From a virus (Duplodnaviria > Caudoviricetes): a stretch of 61,976 bases of DNA. Shown here in pieces: positions 1 to 8,171 of this stretch. The notes under the pieces are model-generated. The model ran no database searches, was not told the origin of the DNA, and saw nothing but the letters and a program-made list of their open reading frames with translations. Each line of letters begins with the position of its first letter. The first letter of the stretch is position 1. A program made the translations under genes and the position numbers. The stretch is from IMG/VR virus record IMGVR_UViG_3300043410_000417, positions 1 to 61,976 of that record; one strand, given 5' to 3'.

Positions 1-13
1 TAACAAGACCATA

Positions 14-42
14 ATTCTACATCAAGTAGAGTTACAAGTCAA
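14..42 (-). promoter_or_regulatory. sigma70-type early promoter
   Basis: Minus strand TTGACT-17 nt-TAGAAT; same pattern recurs many times in the window. Confidence 0.75.
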
Positions 43-53
43 CAAAAATCAAC

Positions 54-331
54 GGGATGAGCGGGTGGATCGAGTAGTTTTCTTAAAAACATCGTGTCCC
101 TGTCAAGGTGAACCCCACGAAAAATCAACCAGAACTTCTCACTGGCTTATCCTGTGCGACAGGAACTTTGGTGTGCATTCGGGCACAGTTCTCTGACTCC
201 TACTAGGGGTCACAAGGCAAAAGAGTATGCAAGAACCTATCCAACCTAGCCCCCGATTGACGCCTTACGACGTTTCCTCCATGGTGGGGCTACTCTTTAG
301 TGCAGTATTTTAGATATGCTGCATTCATCCC
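54..331 (-). ncRNA. candidate structured non-coding RNA (~280 nt)
   Basis: No listed ORF; starts just downstream of the promoter at 345-373; ends pair (GGGAUGA/UCAUCCC) with a nested GAGUAG/CUACUC pairing. Confidence 0.4.
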
Positions 332-344
332 AATTCATACATAA

Positions 345-373
345 ATTATACATCAAAGATCCTTGCAAGTCAA
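345..373 (-). promoter_or_regulatory. sigma70-type early promoter
   Basis: TTGACT-17 nt-TATAAT on minus strand. Confidence 0.8.
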
Positions 374-450
374 CAAGTATTTTGATGATTTTTAGAAAAA
401 ATGAGCAGCGACTAGCGCTGCTCCAAACACCTTTCGGTGGAGTTCCCAAC

Positions 451-702
451 TTACTGTCGGGTAGATGTATATAGGAGGCTTGTATTCACAAAACTCAAAT
501 AATTACCTTTTATCCGTTGTAATTCTGATAAAAAGTTTTCTCTAGCGTTTATGAAACTAGAGTACCCCTGCCCCTGCATATTAGAGGCGCATTCCGCCAT
601 ATTATCAGCTAGAGTTTGTAACGTCTGAGTGTCGTTCTCTATCTGATCCACGATTTTAGCATGGAGCGTATTTTGTTGTTTAATTAAATCTTGTAAAAAC
701 AT
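451..702 (-). CDS. hypothetical helical protein
   Basis: 83-aa ORF, AGGA upstream, co-oriented with neighbours. Confidence 0.6.
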   Translation of the reverse strand: MFLQDLIKQQNTLHAKIVDQIENDTQTLQTLADNMAECASNMQGQGYSSFINARENFLSELQRIKGNYLSFVNTSLLYTSTRQ

Positions 703-808
703 ATTATTCCTAGTTACATAATCATACCCTTTAACTTCGCGACAGGATCATCGGTCTAATTCCAATGAATATGGTTATTATATCGATGAGTATCTCAGAA
801 GTCAAATA

Positions 809-1384
809 TTACATCGAGATGATATGCCATCCACCACCACGGAATAGAACCGTTACAGATTCGTAAGAAACAGAGATTATATAATCACTATACCCATCGA
901 TAAGTGCTCCACTTTGCCCAACGATTGTAATTTTTCTATTTCCTAATGGTGGCTTCATTTCGGCTTTGACGATAATGACTCTACCATCTTCTGGATTTGC
1001 AGGGAGATGTACTGTTGTTGGTTCTTTACTTTCGACTCCAATGTAGCAGTCAGTCTCTGTTGCATAGTAGTCGGATCCCGTAAGAACTGTATCAACGGTA
1101 AGGTCTGGAGACGGGGGTCCAGGAGGTCCAGGAGGTCCAGGTTCACCTTGTGGTCCAGTTGTTCCTGCTGGTCCAGGTTCACCGATTGGTCCCTGACTGC
1201 CTGTCGCTCCTTGAGCACCCGTCTCTCCCTTTTCCCCTTGCGCACCTTGTTCTCCTTGTGATCCCTGTGGTCCAGCTGGTCCTTGCGGTCCAGGAGGTCC
1301 AGAGTTTCCATTAACGATAATTGCTAAATCATTGTCACTCGGTAACAATGGTGGTACCCAGAATGGGGCGAGTGTCTGTATCAT
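809..1384 (-). CDS. collagen-like protein
   Basis: About 21 consecutive G-X-Y triplets followed by a beta-rich C-terminal domain. Confidence 0.85.
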   Translation of the reverse strand: MIQTLAPFWVPPLLPSDNDLAIIVNGNSGPPGPQGPAGPQGSQGEQGAQGEKGETGAQGATGSQGPIGEPGPAGTTGPQGEPGPPGPPGPPSPDLTVDTVLTGSDYYATETDCYIGVESKEPTTVHLPANPEDGRVIIVKAEMKPPLGNRKITIVGQSGALIDGYSDYIISVSYESVTVLFRGGGWHIISM

Positions 1385-1400
1385 CTATCACCCCAGTCAA

Positions 1401-2162
1401 TTAACGAATGTTTGTGTTTGTGTTTGTTGGGCTAGCAGTTAGTGTACCAGAGCCAACGTTGATCGCTTCGTTGTTTGAACGAATAGATTGACCAAGACCC
1501 CAAATGAGGTTAGCCAATTGACCAAATTGAGCTTGCTGTTGTTGCTGTTGTTGCATCTGGTTGATGTTGTTAGTTGTAGTAACTTCAACACCGCGAGTTG
1601 CAACGCCATTGTCAAGTTTAGCTTGAAGAGCGATAACTGCTGCATTAGCATCAGACAACTGACGGTTTAGAGATGCTTCATACTGAGCAGTGATCAATGC
1701 ACGAGTCTTGTCACCGTCGTTTGTGACGACCTTCTGAGTCTCGTTAGCAGTTGCCATCAAGTTAGTGTTGATCTGGTTTAGTTGCTGAGCAAGAACCATA
1801 GTACCTGCGTTAACAGCTTCTTTAGTGCCGTCAATACGAGTAACTAAAGAAGAAGCAACGCTGTTTAGAGAAGCATTAAGCGCAGCTGATTGTGCAGCTT
1901 GGCTGGCTTCCATAGAAGCAGTGCTGACTGCCACACCCTTATCGATCGCACCAAGCGATTGCATAATGGACATGTTAGCCTGAACTTGCTCTGGAGGAGA
2001 GCGTAGCATAGCGCCAGCAGCGCCAGCACCATCTGCTCCACCTAAGAAACCTCCGTTGTTGCGAAGAAGTGCGCCCAAGATTAGACCGCCGATTAGACCG
2101 CCCCCACCTAGACCACCGCCTAAGAAATCACCGCCACCTGTAGTGAATGTTGAATCTGCCAT
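1401..2162 (-). CDS. Gly-rich N-terminus / coiled-coil hypothetical protein
   Basis: 253-aa ORF with GAGGA RBS; Gly-rich hydrophobic start, helical middle, poly-Q near C-terminus. Confidence 0.8.
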   Translation of the reverse strand: MADSTFTTGGGDFLGGGLGGGGLIGGLILGALLRNNGGFLGGADGAGAAGAMLRSPPEQVQANMSIMQSLGAIDKGVAVSTASMEASQAAQSAALNASLNSVASSLVTRIDGTKEAVNAGTMVLAQQLNQINTNLMATANETQKVVTNDGDKTRALITAQYEASLNRQLSDANAAVIALQAKLDNGVATRGVEVTTTNNINQMQQQQQQQAQFGQLANLIWGLGQSIRSNNEAINVGSGTLTASPTNTNTNIR

Positions 2163-2255
2163 TTGTTTTTCCTCTTTCTTATTTTTGTTATTGGGAAATT
2201 TTAAGTGATGTACGCCATCACCAAGCGAATTGGTGTTTTACCAAATTTTTGAGTT

Positions 2256-2516
2256 TTACTTAGAAGCAGCTTCAGCGAGTGCTGGAGTGGCTGGTTGCCC
2301 CTCAGTAATCGCCTTCAGATGTTCTTCAGTTGTAAGAGTATCTCCATCTTCCTCTTCGGAAATTTTAGTAGTCTTCTCGATGATCATATCAATGTGCTTG
2401 TCTGTCACAGTGCTATGACTAGCGTGATCTAGTAAAGTTTCGTAAAGGGGGATTTCCAGAGAGACTGTCCCATGTTCATGGGTTACTTCTGTAATAGTTT
2501 TGACGCGCTTGCGCAT
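2256..2516 (-). CDS. hypothetical protein
   Basis: 86-aa ORF with GAGGA RBS. Confidence 0.7.
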   Translation of the reverse strand: MRKRVKTITEVTHEHGTVSLEIPLYETLLDHASHSTVTDKHIDMIIEKTTKISEEEDGDTLTTEEHLKAITEGQPATPALAEAASK

Positions 2517-2585
2517 AGTTGAATTCCTCTTTGTTATTATTATTATCGGAACGGCTCCTCTGCGGGAACCTAATTGTATTTAGGC

Positions 2586-2619
2586 AAAAAAATACCCCAG
2601 AACCGAAATTCTGGGGTAT
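2586..2619 (-). terminator. intrinsic terminator
   Basis: ATACCCCAGAA-TTTCGG-TTCTGGGGTAT hairpin followed by T7 on minus strand. Confidence 0.75.
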
Positions 2620-2642
2620 ATCGTCATTTATTTTTTTTCTTT

Positions 2643-3128
2643 CTATGCAGCCTTCTTTTGATGGCTCATAATGTGCTTCAGACGGTCAGCACAGTAAGAT
2701 GCAGCGAATGCTTGTGGCTTAACCATAGGCACTACGTTACACATACCACGAATGTAGCCAGTTGCTTCTTGGATAACGCAGCTAGACCCGTACTTTTCGT
2801 TAGGGTTGATGTCCAAGTGGATTTCCACATCTCTGTGTTCCAGAACATCGTGTAGCTTTTGATACAATTCTGCAATCTTGTATACTTCGTTCATTAGACG
2901 CATACGTGGACGGTTCTTCTTTTGATCCCAGTCACGTTCGCGTTGTACCTCACCAAAGATCTTACATCCATGCTTACCATCGATGTGAACTACAATAGCG
3001 AGGGTGTAATCTGCGTACCAGTCATTACCGATAGGGAATCGTTCAGAGTCCGCTCCGATATAAATTTTAGTTTCGGGAGATTGAGATTCAATGAAAGCCT
3101 TAACTTCATCGATGTCAATACGCTTCAT
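2643..3128 (-). CDS. ribonuclease H-like YkuK family protein
   Basis: IYIGADSE, EIHLDIN and AASYCAD motifs typical of YkuK/DUF458. Confidence 0.85.
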   Translation of the reverse strand: MKRIDIDEVKAFIESQSPETKIYIGADSERFPIGNDWYADYTLAIVVHIDGKHGCKIFGEVQRERDWDQKKNRPRMRLMNEVYKIAELYQKLHDVLEHRDVEIHLDINPNEKYGSSCVIQEATGYIRGMCNVVPMVKPQAFAASYCADRLKHIMSHQKKAA

Positions 3129-3198
3129 AATGCACCTTCGCTTTCTTGGTTAGTAATGATAAATATAGCTGATAAACAACTACATCTTTGGGTTAAAA

Positions 3199-3876
3199 AT
3201 GTACATCCTTGAACTTATTAAAATAAACAAAAAAGAGGATCTCTTCTTTGAGGATTCAGATTACTATAAGAACTTTGCTGACGAGATCAATGCGTTCCAT
3301 AAACAATTCGATGAGGAACATAAAGACCTTTTTTATAAAAAAGAAGTTCAACAGTCTTATAAACGAGAGAAACTGGTTGATGGATCATACAGAAACATCA
3401 AATACTTAAAGTTCTTTAAAACCAAAGACGATGTTAAGAAATATATGTACGATCTGTTCGAACACACGCAACCGATCAACTGGACACCAGATGGCGTCAA
3501 GTACTATACCCCTGCAACATCAGAGGAACATAAAAGAACGATTGAGTTTCATGCAGGAAGACAGTTCTGGACTATGTCTCATGAGATCTACAATGAGATG
3601 AACATCTTAGACACAAACTACAAATTTGTAGAGTGTATCACTTCATGCTCTCAGAACATCTGCATTAAGTATGGTGGATGTAAACCTGGAATTTCTTGCG
3701 AGTCGCAAGAGCCAGATAATCCAATCTTTAAGAAGGAAAACATTTCATACCATCACATCTCTGTAGATTCGATCATCAAGAAACGATCTAAACCTGCAGG
3801 TAATGGGAATGTTAATGAAGAGGATATCAATAAGTACGTTGTCAGACAGACAACCAATCACAGATATCCAGAATAA
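3199..3876 (+). CDS. Cys-cluster hypothetical protein, paralog 1
   Basis: Shares MY(I/L)xE..FFE start, DG(S/T), C-terminal Cys cluster and HHIxV with ORFs at 11423 and 11995. Confidence 0.8.
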   Translation: MYILELIKINKKEDLFFEDSDYYKNFADEINAFHKQFDEEHKDLFYKKEVQQSYKREKLVDGSYRNIKYLKFFKTKDDVKKYMYDLFEHTQPINWTPDGVKYYTPATSEEHKRTIEFHAGRQFWTMSHEIYNEMNILDTNYKFVECITSCSQNICIKYGGCKPGISCESQEPDNPIFKKENISYHHISVDSIIKKRSKPAGNGNVNEEDINKYVVRQTTNHRYPE

Positions 3877-3877
3877 T

Positions 3878-3955
3878 TGGAGCGGGTAGGGAGATTCGAA
3901 CTCCTCACTTGAGGTTTGGAAGACCGCCGTGCTAGCCGTTAAACACTATACCCGC
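3878..3955 (-). tRNA. tRNA-Gly(TCC)
   Basis: Cloverleaf, loop CTTCCAA, encoded CCA. Confidence 0.9.
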
Positions 3956-3960
3956 ATAAT

Positions 3961-4036
3961 TGGTGCTGAATGTCGGAATCGAACTGACGACCTTCGGATT
4001 ACTAAACCGATGCTCTACCAACTGAGCTAATTCAGC
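3961..4036 (-). tRNA. tRNA-Thr(AGT)
   Basis: Cloverleaf, loop TTAGTAA, G1-C72/C2-G71, encoded CCA. Confidence 0.85.
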
Positions 4037-4044
4037 ATTATTCT

Positions 4045-4308
4045 TTAATCAAATACCGCTACAATATTATCTTCGTCGACGATGGCGCGTTGTGCATCAC
4101 CGACTTTAACAACAGAGGCTTTGTTCCATTCTAGAAGAATGACATCGCCAACTTTAACAGTAGTCACTTCTGGACCAACTGCAAGGACTGTTGCTCGCTT
4201 AGATTCACGAACAGAGTTGGCTCCTTCAAGGATAATACCAGACTCAGTGGTCAATTCACTTTTGTTCTCAGCAACAAGAACCTTTTTATGTAGAGGTTTT
4301 ACGTTCAT
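4045..4308 (-). CDS. groES: co-chaperonin GroES (gp31-like)
   Basis: VKPLHKKVLV...TESGIIL...VLAVGP...VKVGD pattern. Confidence 0.9.
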   Translation of the reverse strand: MNVKPLHKKVLVAENKSELTTESGIILEGANSVRESKRATVLAVGPEVTTVKVGDVILLEWNKASVVKVGDAQRAIVDEDNIVAVFD

Positions 4309-4323
4309 AATTTCTCATTTAAT

Positions 4324-4398
4324 TGGTGGAGGATAACGGAATCGAACCGTTGACTCAAGCGTGCAAGGCTAGTGTTTTCCCAATTAGACTAATCCCCC
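4324..4398 (-). tRNA. tRNA-Ala(TGC)
   Basis: Cloverleaf, loop CTTGCAC, G3-U70, CCA. Confidence 0.9.
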
Positions 4399-4583
4399 AT
4401 TGGTTTTTTGCGTTTGATACCATGATCATCGTAGTACCAATCGCGCTCATTTGGATCTGGAGAGTTTACCACGAATTCTTCTTTCGGTAAATCTCTCTGA
4501 AAGATCGCATCCCATCGTTTAGAATATTCGTCATGCGCTACACTTAATGGGCGTGGCGCTGAACCTTTACCACCGTCACTCAT
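4389..4583 (-). CDS. small hypothetical protein (MSDGGKGSAPRP...)
   Basis: Start ATG overlaps stop of upstream ORF; N-terminus resembles a common small phage protein (from memory). Confidence 0.6.
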   Translation of the reverse strand: MSDGGKGSAPRPLSVAHDEYSKRWDAIFQRDLPKEEFVVNSPDPNERDWYYDDHGIKRKKPMGD

Positions 4584-4699
4584 CGACCTTGCCCTCGATA
4601 CTTCTTGTGACCTTTGCGGCATTTATTCTGAGTGCTAGTCTTGCTACCGTTCTGGCAAGTCTTCTTGTGCACTCTCTGATGTTTTGCATTACCTTTCAT
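4580..4699 (-). CDS. small basic protein ending KKYRGQGR
   Basis: 39-aa ORF below track cutoff, GAGGA RBS, MKGNAKHQRVHKKTCQNGSKTSTQNKCRKGHKKYRGQGR. Confidence 0.65.
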   Translation of the reverse strand: MKGNAKHQRVHKKTCQNGSKTSTQNKCRKGHKKYRGQGR

Positions 4700-4715
4700 G
4701 GTATCCTCTAAAATT

Positions 4716-4792
4716 TGGCTCCCCGACGTGGGCTCGAACCACGGACATCTTGATTAACAGTCAAGCGCAACTACCAACTGTGCTATCGAGGA
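4716..4792 (-). tRNA. tRNA-Asn(GTT)
   Basis: Cloverleaf, loop CTGTTAA, CCA. Confidence 0.9.
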
Positions 4793-4801
4793 ATATATTA
4801 A

Positions 4802-4885
4802 TGGTGCCCCCAGCGAGACTCGAACTCGCACGCCTCTCGGCACTGGCTTCTAAGACCAGCGTGTCTGCCATTCCACCACAAGGGC
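4802..4885 (-). tRNA. tRNA-Leu(TAG)
   Basis: Cloverleaf with long variable arm, loop CTTAGAA, CCA. Confidence 0.9.
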
Positions 4886-4907
4886 ATATTTCTACTTATA
4901 ATAACTT

Positions 4908-4984
<77 letters not shown>

Positions 4985-4996
4985 ATAATTCTTCTC

Positions 4997-5071
4997 TGGT
5001 GGTGATAGGTGGTATCGATCCACCCTCGTCGGCTTATGAAACCGCTACGCATCCATCTACGTCATATCACC
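4997..5071 (-). tRNA. tRNA with CAT anticodon (Met or Ile2)
   Basis: Loop TTCATAA, atypical T-loop ATCGATA, CCA. Confidence 0.7.
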
Positions 5072-5077
5072 ATAATT

Positions 5078-5152
5078 TGGTGCCCCAGTACGGAATTGAA
5101 CCGCATTTTGATGCTTACAAGGCAACTGTAATAGCCATTATACTACAAGGGC
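5078..5152 (-). tRNA. tRNA-Thr(TGT)
   Basis: Cloverleaf, loop CTTGTAA, CCA. Confidence 0.88.
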
Positions 5153-5158
5153 AATAAT

Positions 5159-5218
5159 CAACAGGCTTCGCTTTCTTTTCATAGACAGTGAAATTTTATT
5201 GTTGCTGAAAGAAGCCTA
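5159..5218 (-). ncRNA. CAGCAA-handle RNA 1 (isolated Asp GUC anticodon arm)
   Basis: AGGCUUC-UUUCAGCAA...UUUCA-CUGUCUA-UGAAA...GAAGCCU-GUUG. Confidence 0.65.
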
Positions 5219-5222
5219 AAAC

Positions 5223-5299
5223 TGGTTGCGGAGTGCTGGAATCGAACCAACTACCTTCAGCTTATGAGACTGACGGGATAACCATTTCCCTAACCCGCA
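5223..5299 (-). tRNA. tRNA-Met(CAT), initiator-like acceptor stem
   Basis: Loop CTCATAA; 5' TGCGGG and 3' CCGCAACCA; lacks the three G-C anticodon pairs of canonical fMet tRNA. Confidence 0.75.
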
Positions 5300-5306
5300 A
5301 TAACCT

Positions 5307-5672
5307 TTACAACTTGGACCACTCAACGATTGTGTCGCGAGTAATCTTTCGTTGTTCACCGCGACCATACTTTGTCACCATAGCGACAATGCGTGGCACG
5401 ATATACAATCTAAACATCACGTCATCATTACGCTTCTTTTCTACTGAAGTGTAAGACTTTCCTGCAAGATACGCTCTTGCTAGTTCAGTGGCGCGTGATT
5501 CGTTTCGTACGTTCCAACGGCGATGAGCAACTAGGCTGTCCAACTTGACAATCAGGTTTGCGTCAGTACCTTTGGTGTACTTGATTTGACCCTTCAGCTT
5601 ACGTTCTTCATGTTTGATAACTTTAGGCTCAAGAGCGAGATGTTTTGCTTTAATTTTTAATTCGATACACAT
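5307..5672 (-). CDS. basic hypothetical protein (MCIELKIKAKHLA...)
   Basis: Internal ATG with AAGGA RBS within the listed 153-aa ORF. Confidence 0.75.
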   Translation of the reverse strand: MCIELKIKAKHLALEPKVIKHEERKLKGQIKYTKGTDANLIVKLDSLVAHRRWNVRNESRATELARAYLAGKSYTSVEKKRNDDVMFRLYIVPRIVAMVTKYGRGEQRKITRDTIVEWSKL

Positions 5673-5783
5673 TTTAGTTTCCTTTGTTTTTAAGATTGAT
5701 TGACATGATATAGAAAACAAAAGAACCTTACGGTGGTCGAATCTATGCTGAGAATTTCTCCATAGCATTTCCTTTCATAAATT

Positions 5784-5859
5784 TGGTGCTTCTAGCGGGA
5801 TTTGAACCCACCTTCATCCGTTTTAGAGACGGTCGCATAAGCCACTCTGCCATAGAAGC
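5784..5859 (-). tRNA. amber suppressor tRNA (CTA)
   Basis: Cloverleaf GCTTCTA/TAGAAGC, anticodon arm ACCGT-CTCTAAA-ACGGA, T-arm GTGGG-TTCAAAT-CCCGC, CCA. Confidence 0.85.
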
Positions 5860-5962
5860 ATAACTGTATTTAGTCATCAAAATTCGTGAAAGTTCCGATA
5901 GCACCCATCGTCACTTACAACCGTTGAGAAGCCATGCATCAAAACAAGACTTCTGTTTGCTC

Positions 5963-6037
5963 TGGCGGTTCCAGGGGGTAACGATCCCCCTCTTTAGCAG
6001 TGACAGTGCTACGTGCGTCCATGAACACTTTGAAACC
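5963..6037 (-). tRNA. tRNA-Asp(GTC)
   Basis: Loop CTGTCAC, G73, atypical T-loop, CCA. Confidence 0.8.
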
Positions 6038-6045
6038 AAAAATAT

Positions 6046-6262
6046 GTGGCATTACGAACTTTAGCCGTACTTCTATCGCGAGTACCGAAAAGAGCAACTG
6101 GCGTTACCCCGAACATGTTACGCGCCCAACCCTATGTTGGGATTGTCATCACTGCGAGGCGTGACGATTACTTTTGCCGACAGGACTCTCACCTGTAATA
6201 TGCTAGATACGTTAAATCTAACCTTCCTAATGAAACGTGCTTTCTTCACACGAATGACGACA
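6046..6262 (-). ncRNA. candidate multi-stem ncRNA between tRNAs
   Basis: Ends pair imperfectly; several internal hairpins including T-loop-like CAGG-UGAGAGU-CCUG. Confidence 0.5.
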
Positions 6263-6266
6263 AACT

Positions 6267-6351
6267 TGGTGGAGACGGTGTGAGTCGAACACACAGTGCC
6301 AGAGGCGGCGGATTTACAGTCCACTGGGGTTACCAATTTTCCTACATCTCC
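6267..6351 (-). tRNA. tRNA-Tyr(GTA)
   Basis: Long variable arm, loop CTGTAAA, CCA. Confidence 0.9.
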
Positions 6352-6353
6352 AT

Positions 6354-6554
6354 AAACTTTATACAACTGACAACTTGCTAGTCACGCCACCTTCATTCAT
6401 GACCATTTTACCGATGATATAAAGCAGCTGCTCGGTTAGTGGTACGTAGTGCTAGTCGATACTTGTCTTCTCGGTTAATTAGACCAGACTCATAGGAATT
6501 TCGAGGCTCCTACTTTCTCGACATCTACAGCAAATTATCATGTGTATAAAGTTT
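6354..6554 (-). ncRNA. candidate ~200-nt ncRNA closed by a long terminal stem
   Basis: AAACTTTATACA / TGTATAAAGTTT inverted repeat extended by TGACAACTTGCT / AGCAAATTATCA. Confidence 0.5.
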
Positions 6555-6628
6555 GGTACTCCGTATGGGAATCGAACCCATCTTACCAACGTGAAAGGCT
6601 GGTGTCCTAGCCGATAGACGAACGGAGC
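6554..6628 (-). tRNA. tRNA-Glu(TTC)
   Basis: Cloverleaf, loop CTTTCAC, CCA. Confidence 0.9.
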
Positions 6629-6648
6629 ATTTTCAACACAATAACATA

Positions 6649-6677
6649 AGTATACATCAACTTCTTGAAGAAGTCAA
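6649..6677 (-). promoter_or_regulatory. internal sigma70-type promoter in tRNA array
   Basis: TTGACT-17 nt-TATACT. Confidence 0.7.
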
Positions 6678-6685
6678 CAACTTTC

Positions 6686-6772
6686 TGGAATCTGGGGTCG
6701 GATTTAAACCGACGGTGCCCTTTCGGATACGGATTTGCAATCCGTCGCATTCGATCACTCTGCCACCCAGAC
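6686..6772 (-). tRNA. tRNA-Cys(GCA) with long variable arm
   Basis: Loop TTGCAAA, U73, extra arm ATCCGAAAGGGCAC, CCA. Confidence 0.8.
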
Positions 6773-6781
6773 ATAAAACTT

Positions 6782-6857
6782 TGGCGTCGCTGGAGGGATT
6801 CGAACCCCCATCGTACGGTGTAGAAGACCGTTGCCTTATCCATTAGACCACAGCGAC
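6782..6857 (-). tRNA. tRNA-Arg(TCT)
   Basis: Cloverleaf, loop CTTCTAC, CCA. Confidence 0.9.
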
Positions 6858-6862
6858 AAAAC

Positions 6863-6939
6863 TGGTGCGGATGGTGAGACTCGAACTCACAAAATTTGGC
6901 TTCTAAGACCAACACGTATACCAATTCCATCACATCCGC
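6863..6939 (-). tRNA. tRNA-Leu(TAG), short variable loop
   Basis: Loop CTTAGAA, no long extra arm, CCA. Confidence 0.85.
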
Positions 6940-6946
6940 ATTATCT

Positions 6947-7031
6947 TGGTGCGAGTGGCGGGACTCGAACCCGCATACCCGAAGGCGGCAGATTTTAAGT
7001 CTGCTGTGAATACCAATTCCACCACACTCGC
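6947..7031 (-). tRNA. tRNA-Leu(TAA)
   Basis: Long variable arm, loop CTTAAAA, CCA. Confidence 0.92.
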
Positions 7032-7036
7032 ATATT

Positions 7037-7113
7037 TGGTGCCCCCAGCGGGACTCGAACCCGCAGAATCCTGCTTTTGAGACAGGCACGTATACCAATT
7101 CCATCACAGGGGC
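7037..7113 (-). tRNA. tRNA-Leu(CAA), short variable loop
   Basis: Loop CTCAAAA, no long extra arm, CCA. Confidence 0.85.
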
Positions 7114-7119
7114 ATAATT

Positions 7120-7194
7120 TGGTGGGTCAGGAGAGAATCGAACTCTCACTCGACCGATTATGAGTCGGCTGCTTTTCCATTAAGCTACTGACCC
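7120..7194 (-). tRNA. tRNA with CAT anticodon, probably Ile2
   Basis: Loop CTCATAA, GGG start as in Ile tRNAs, CCA. Confidence 0.8.
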
Positions 7195-7272
7195 GTTATT
7201 TGGCTCGGGTCTCTCCTCGACTGTCACGCATGTCGCTAACGTTTGCGGTAGGGAGCGACCCTACATTACAAC

Positions 7273-7363
7273 TGGCAGTGGGTAAGGGACTCGAACCCTT
7301 GGACCAACTTACGTCAGTCTACAGTTTAGCAAACTGCTGCAATCGCCGCTCTGCCAACCCACT
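7273..7363 (-). tRNA. tRNA-Ser(GCT)
   Basis: Long variable arm, loop TTGCTAA, G73, CCA. Confidence 0.88.
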
Positions 7364-7366
7364 ATA

Positions 7367-7951
7367 TTAGTCTATACTACCGTTTCCATGCTTGAAACCC
7401 ACGGTACCACCCTGTTCTTGAATTCTCTTCAAGACGTCCTCAAACAAGATGGGTCTGAAGTCTGTTTGCTCGACGCAGACAGAGAAGTACCGTGGATCAA
7501 TCGCATCTAACTTCTTACCTCCAAAGCCACTCATCATAACTCTGTTGCTATGTAAGTGTCCGTGGATGTTGCAGCCGAAACGATATAACTGATCAGGATG
7601 AACAGGGATATGAGTCAAGATCAATCCATTCATCACGTGACTACCTCGAATGTCTCTGAAGAAAGGAGTATATTCTTCCATTCTAAAGATGTCGTGGTTA
7701 CCCTTGATCAAAACCTTATCACCGTTCAAACGATGTAAAATCTTCAAAGCCTTTCTGTTAATGACTACGTCACCTAAGTGGTAGACCTTATCAGTAGGCT
7801 TGACGGTTTCGTTCCACATCTTGACCATAGCCTCGTCCATTTCTTCAGGAGAGTCCCATGGTCTCAATTTTGTAACACCGTCTTCACGCATAAATCGGCA
7901 AACACCCATGTGTCCGAAGTGCGTGTCACTTGTTAAAAACACACTTGGCAT
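7367..7951 (-). CDS. calcineurin-like metallophosphoesterase
   Basis: SDTHFGH, HLGD, KGNHD, TH, HGHLH motifs; GGAGG RBS before MPSVF. Confidence 0.92.
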   Translation of the reverse strand: MPSVFLTSDTHFGHMGVCRFMREDGVTKLRPWDSPEEMDEAMVKMWNETVKPTDKVYHLGDVVINRKALKILHRLNGDKVLIKGNHDIFRMEEYTPFFRDIRGSHVMNGLILTHIPVHPDQLYRFGCNIHGHLHSNRVMMSGFGGKKLDAIDPRYFSVCVEQTDFRPILFEDVLKRIQEQGGTVGFKHGNGSID

Positions 7952-7975
7952 AATTGCCTCCATTCTATAGTTAAA

Positions 7976-8072
7976 CAACAGGATGTCTTGTTGCGCCCTT
8001 TGCGCACTCTGCCGAGTTTTGGTGGCAAAATAAGGAATCGAACCTTAAAGTTTGTTTGCTGCAAACATCCTA
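7976..8072 (-). ncRNA. CAGCAA-handle RNA 2 (circularly permuted tRNA body)
   Basis: AGGAUGU-UUGCAGCAA, T-arm UAAGG-UUCGAUU-CCUUA, UUUUGCC-ACCA, linker, GGCAGAG, D-like GCGC-AAAGG-GCGC, ACAUCCU-GUUG. Confidence 0.7.
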
Positions 8073-8076
8073 GAAC

Positions 8077-8166
8077 TGGCGGAAGTAGTAGGATTTGAAC
8101 CCACGAACCCTTTCGGGTTGCCTGTTTTCTAGACAGGTGCCATAAACCAGACTCGACCATACTTCC
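8077..8166 (-). tRNA. tRNA-Ser(AGA)
   Basis: Long variable arm, arm CCTGT-CTAGAAA-ACAGG, G73, CCA. Confidence 0.88.
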
Positions 8167-8171
8167 ATATA

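Noticed and set aside
955-1311. Alternative-frame 118-aa ORF inside the collagen gene
   Set aside because: By-product of G-X-Y codon periodicity.
5784-5859. Genome-wide UAG reassignment (code 15) suggested by the CUA tRNA
   Set aside because: Core genes are full length in the standard code, and UAG appears to end the YkuK-like gene at 2643.
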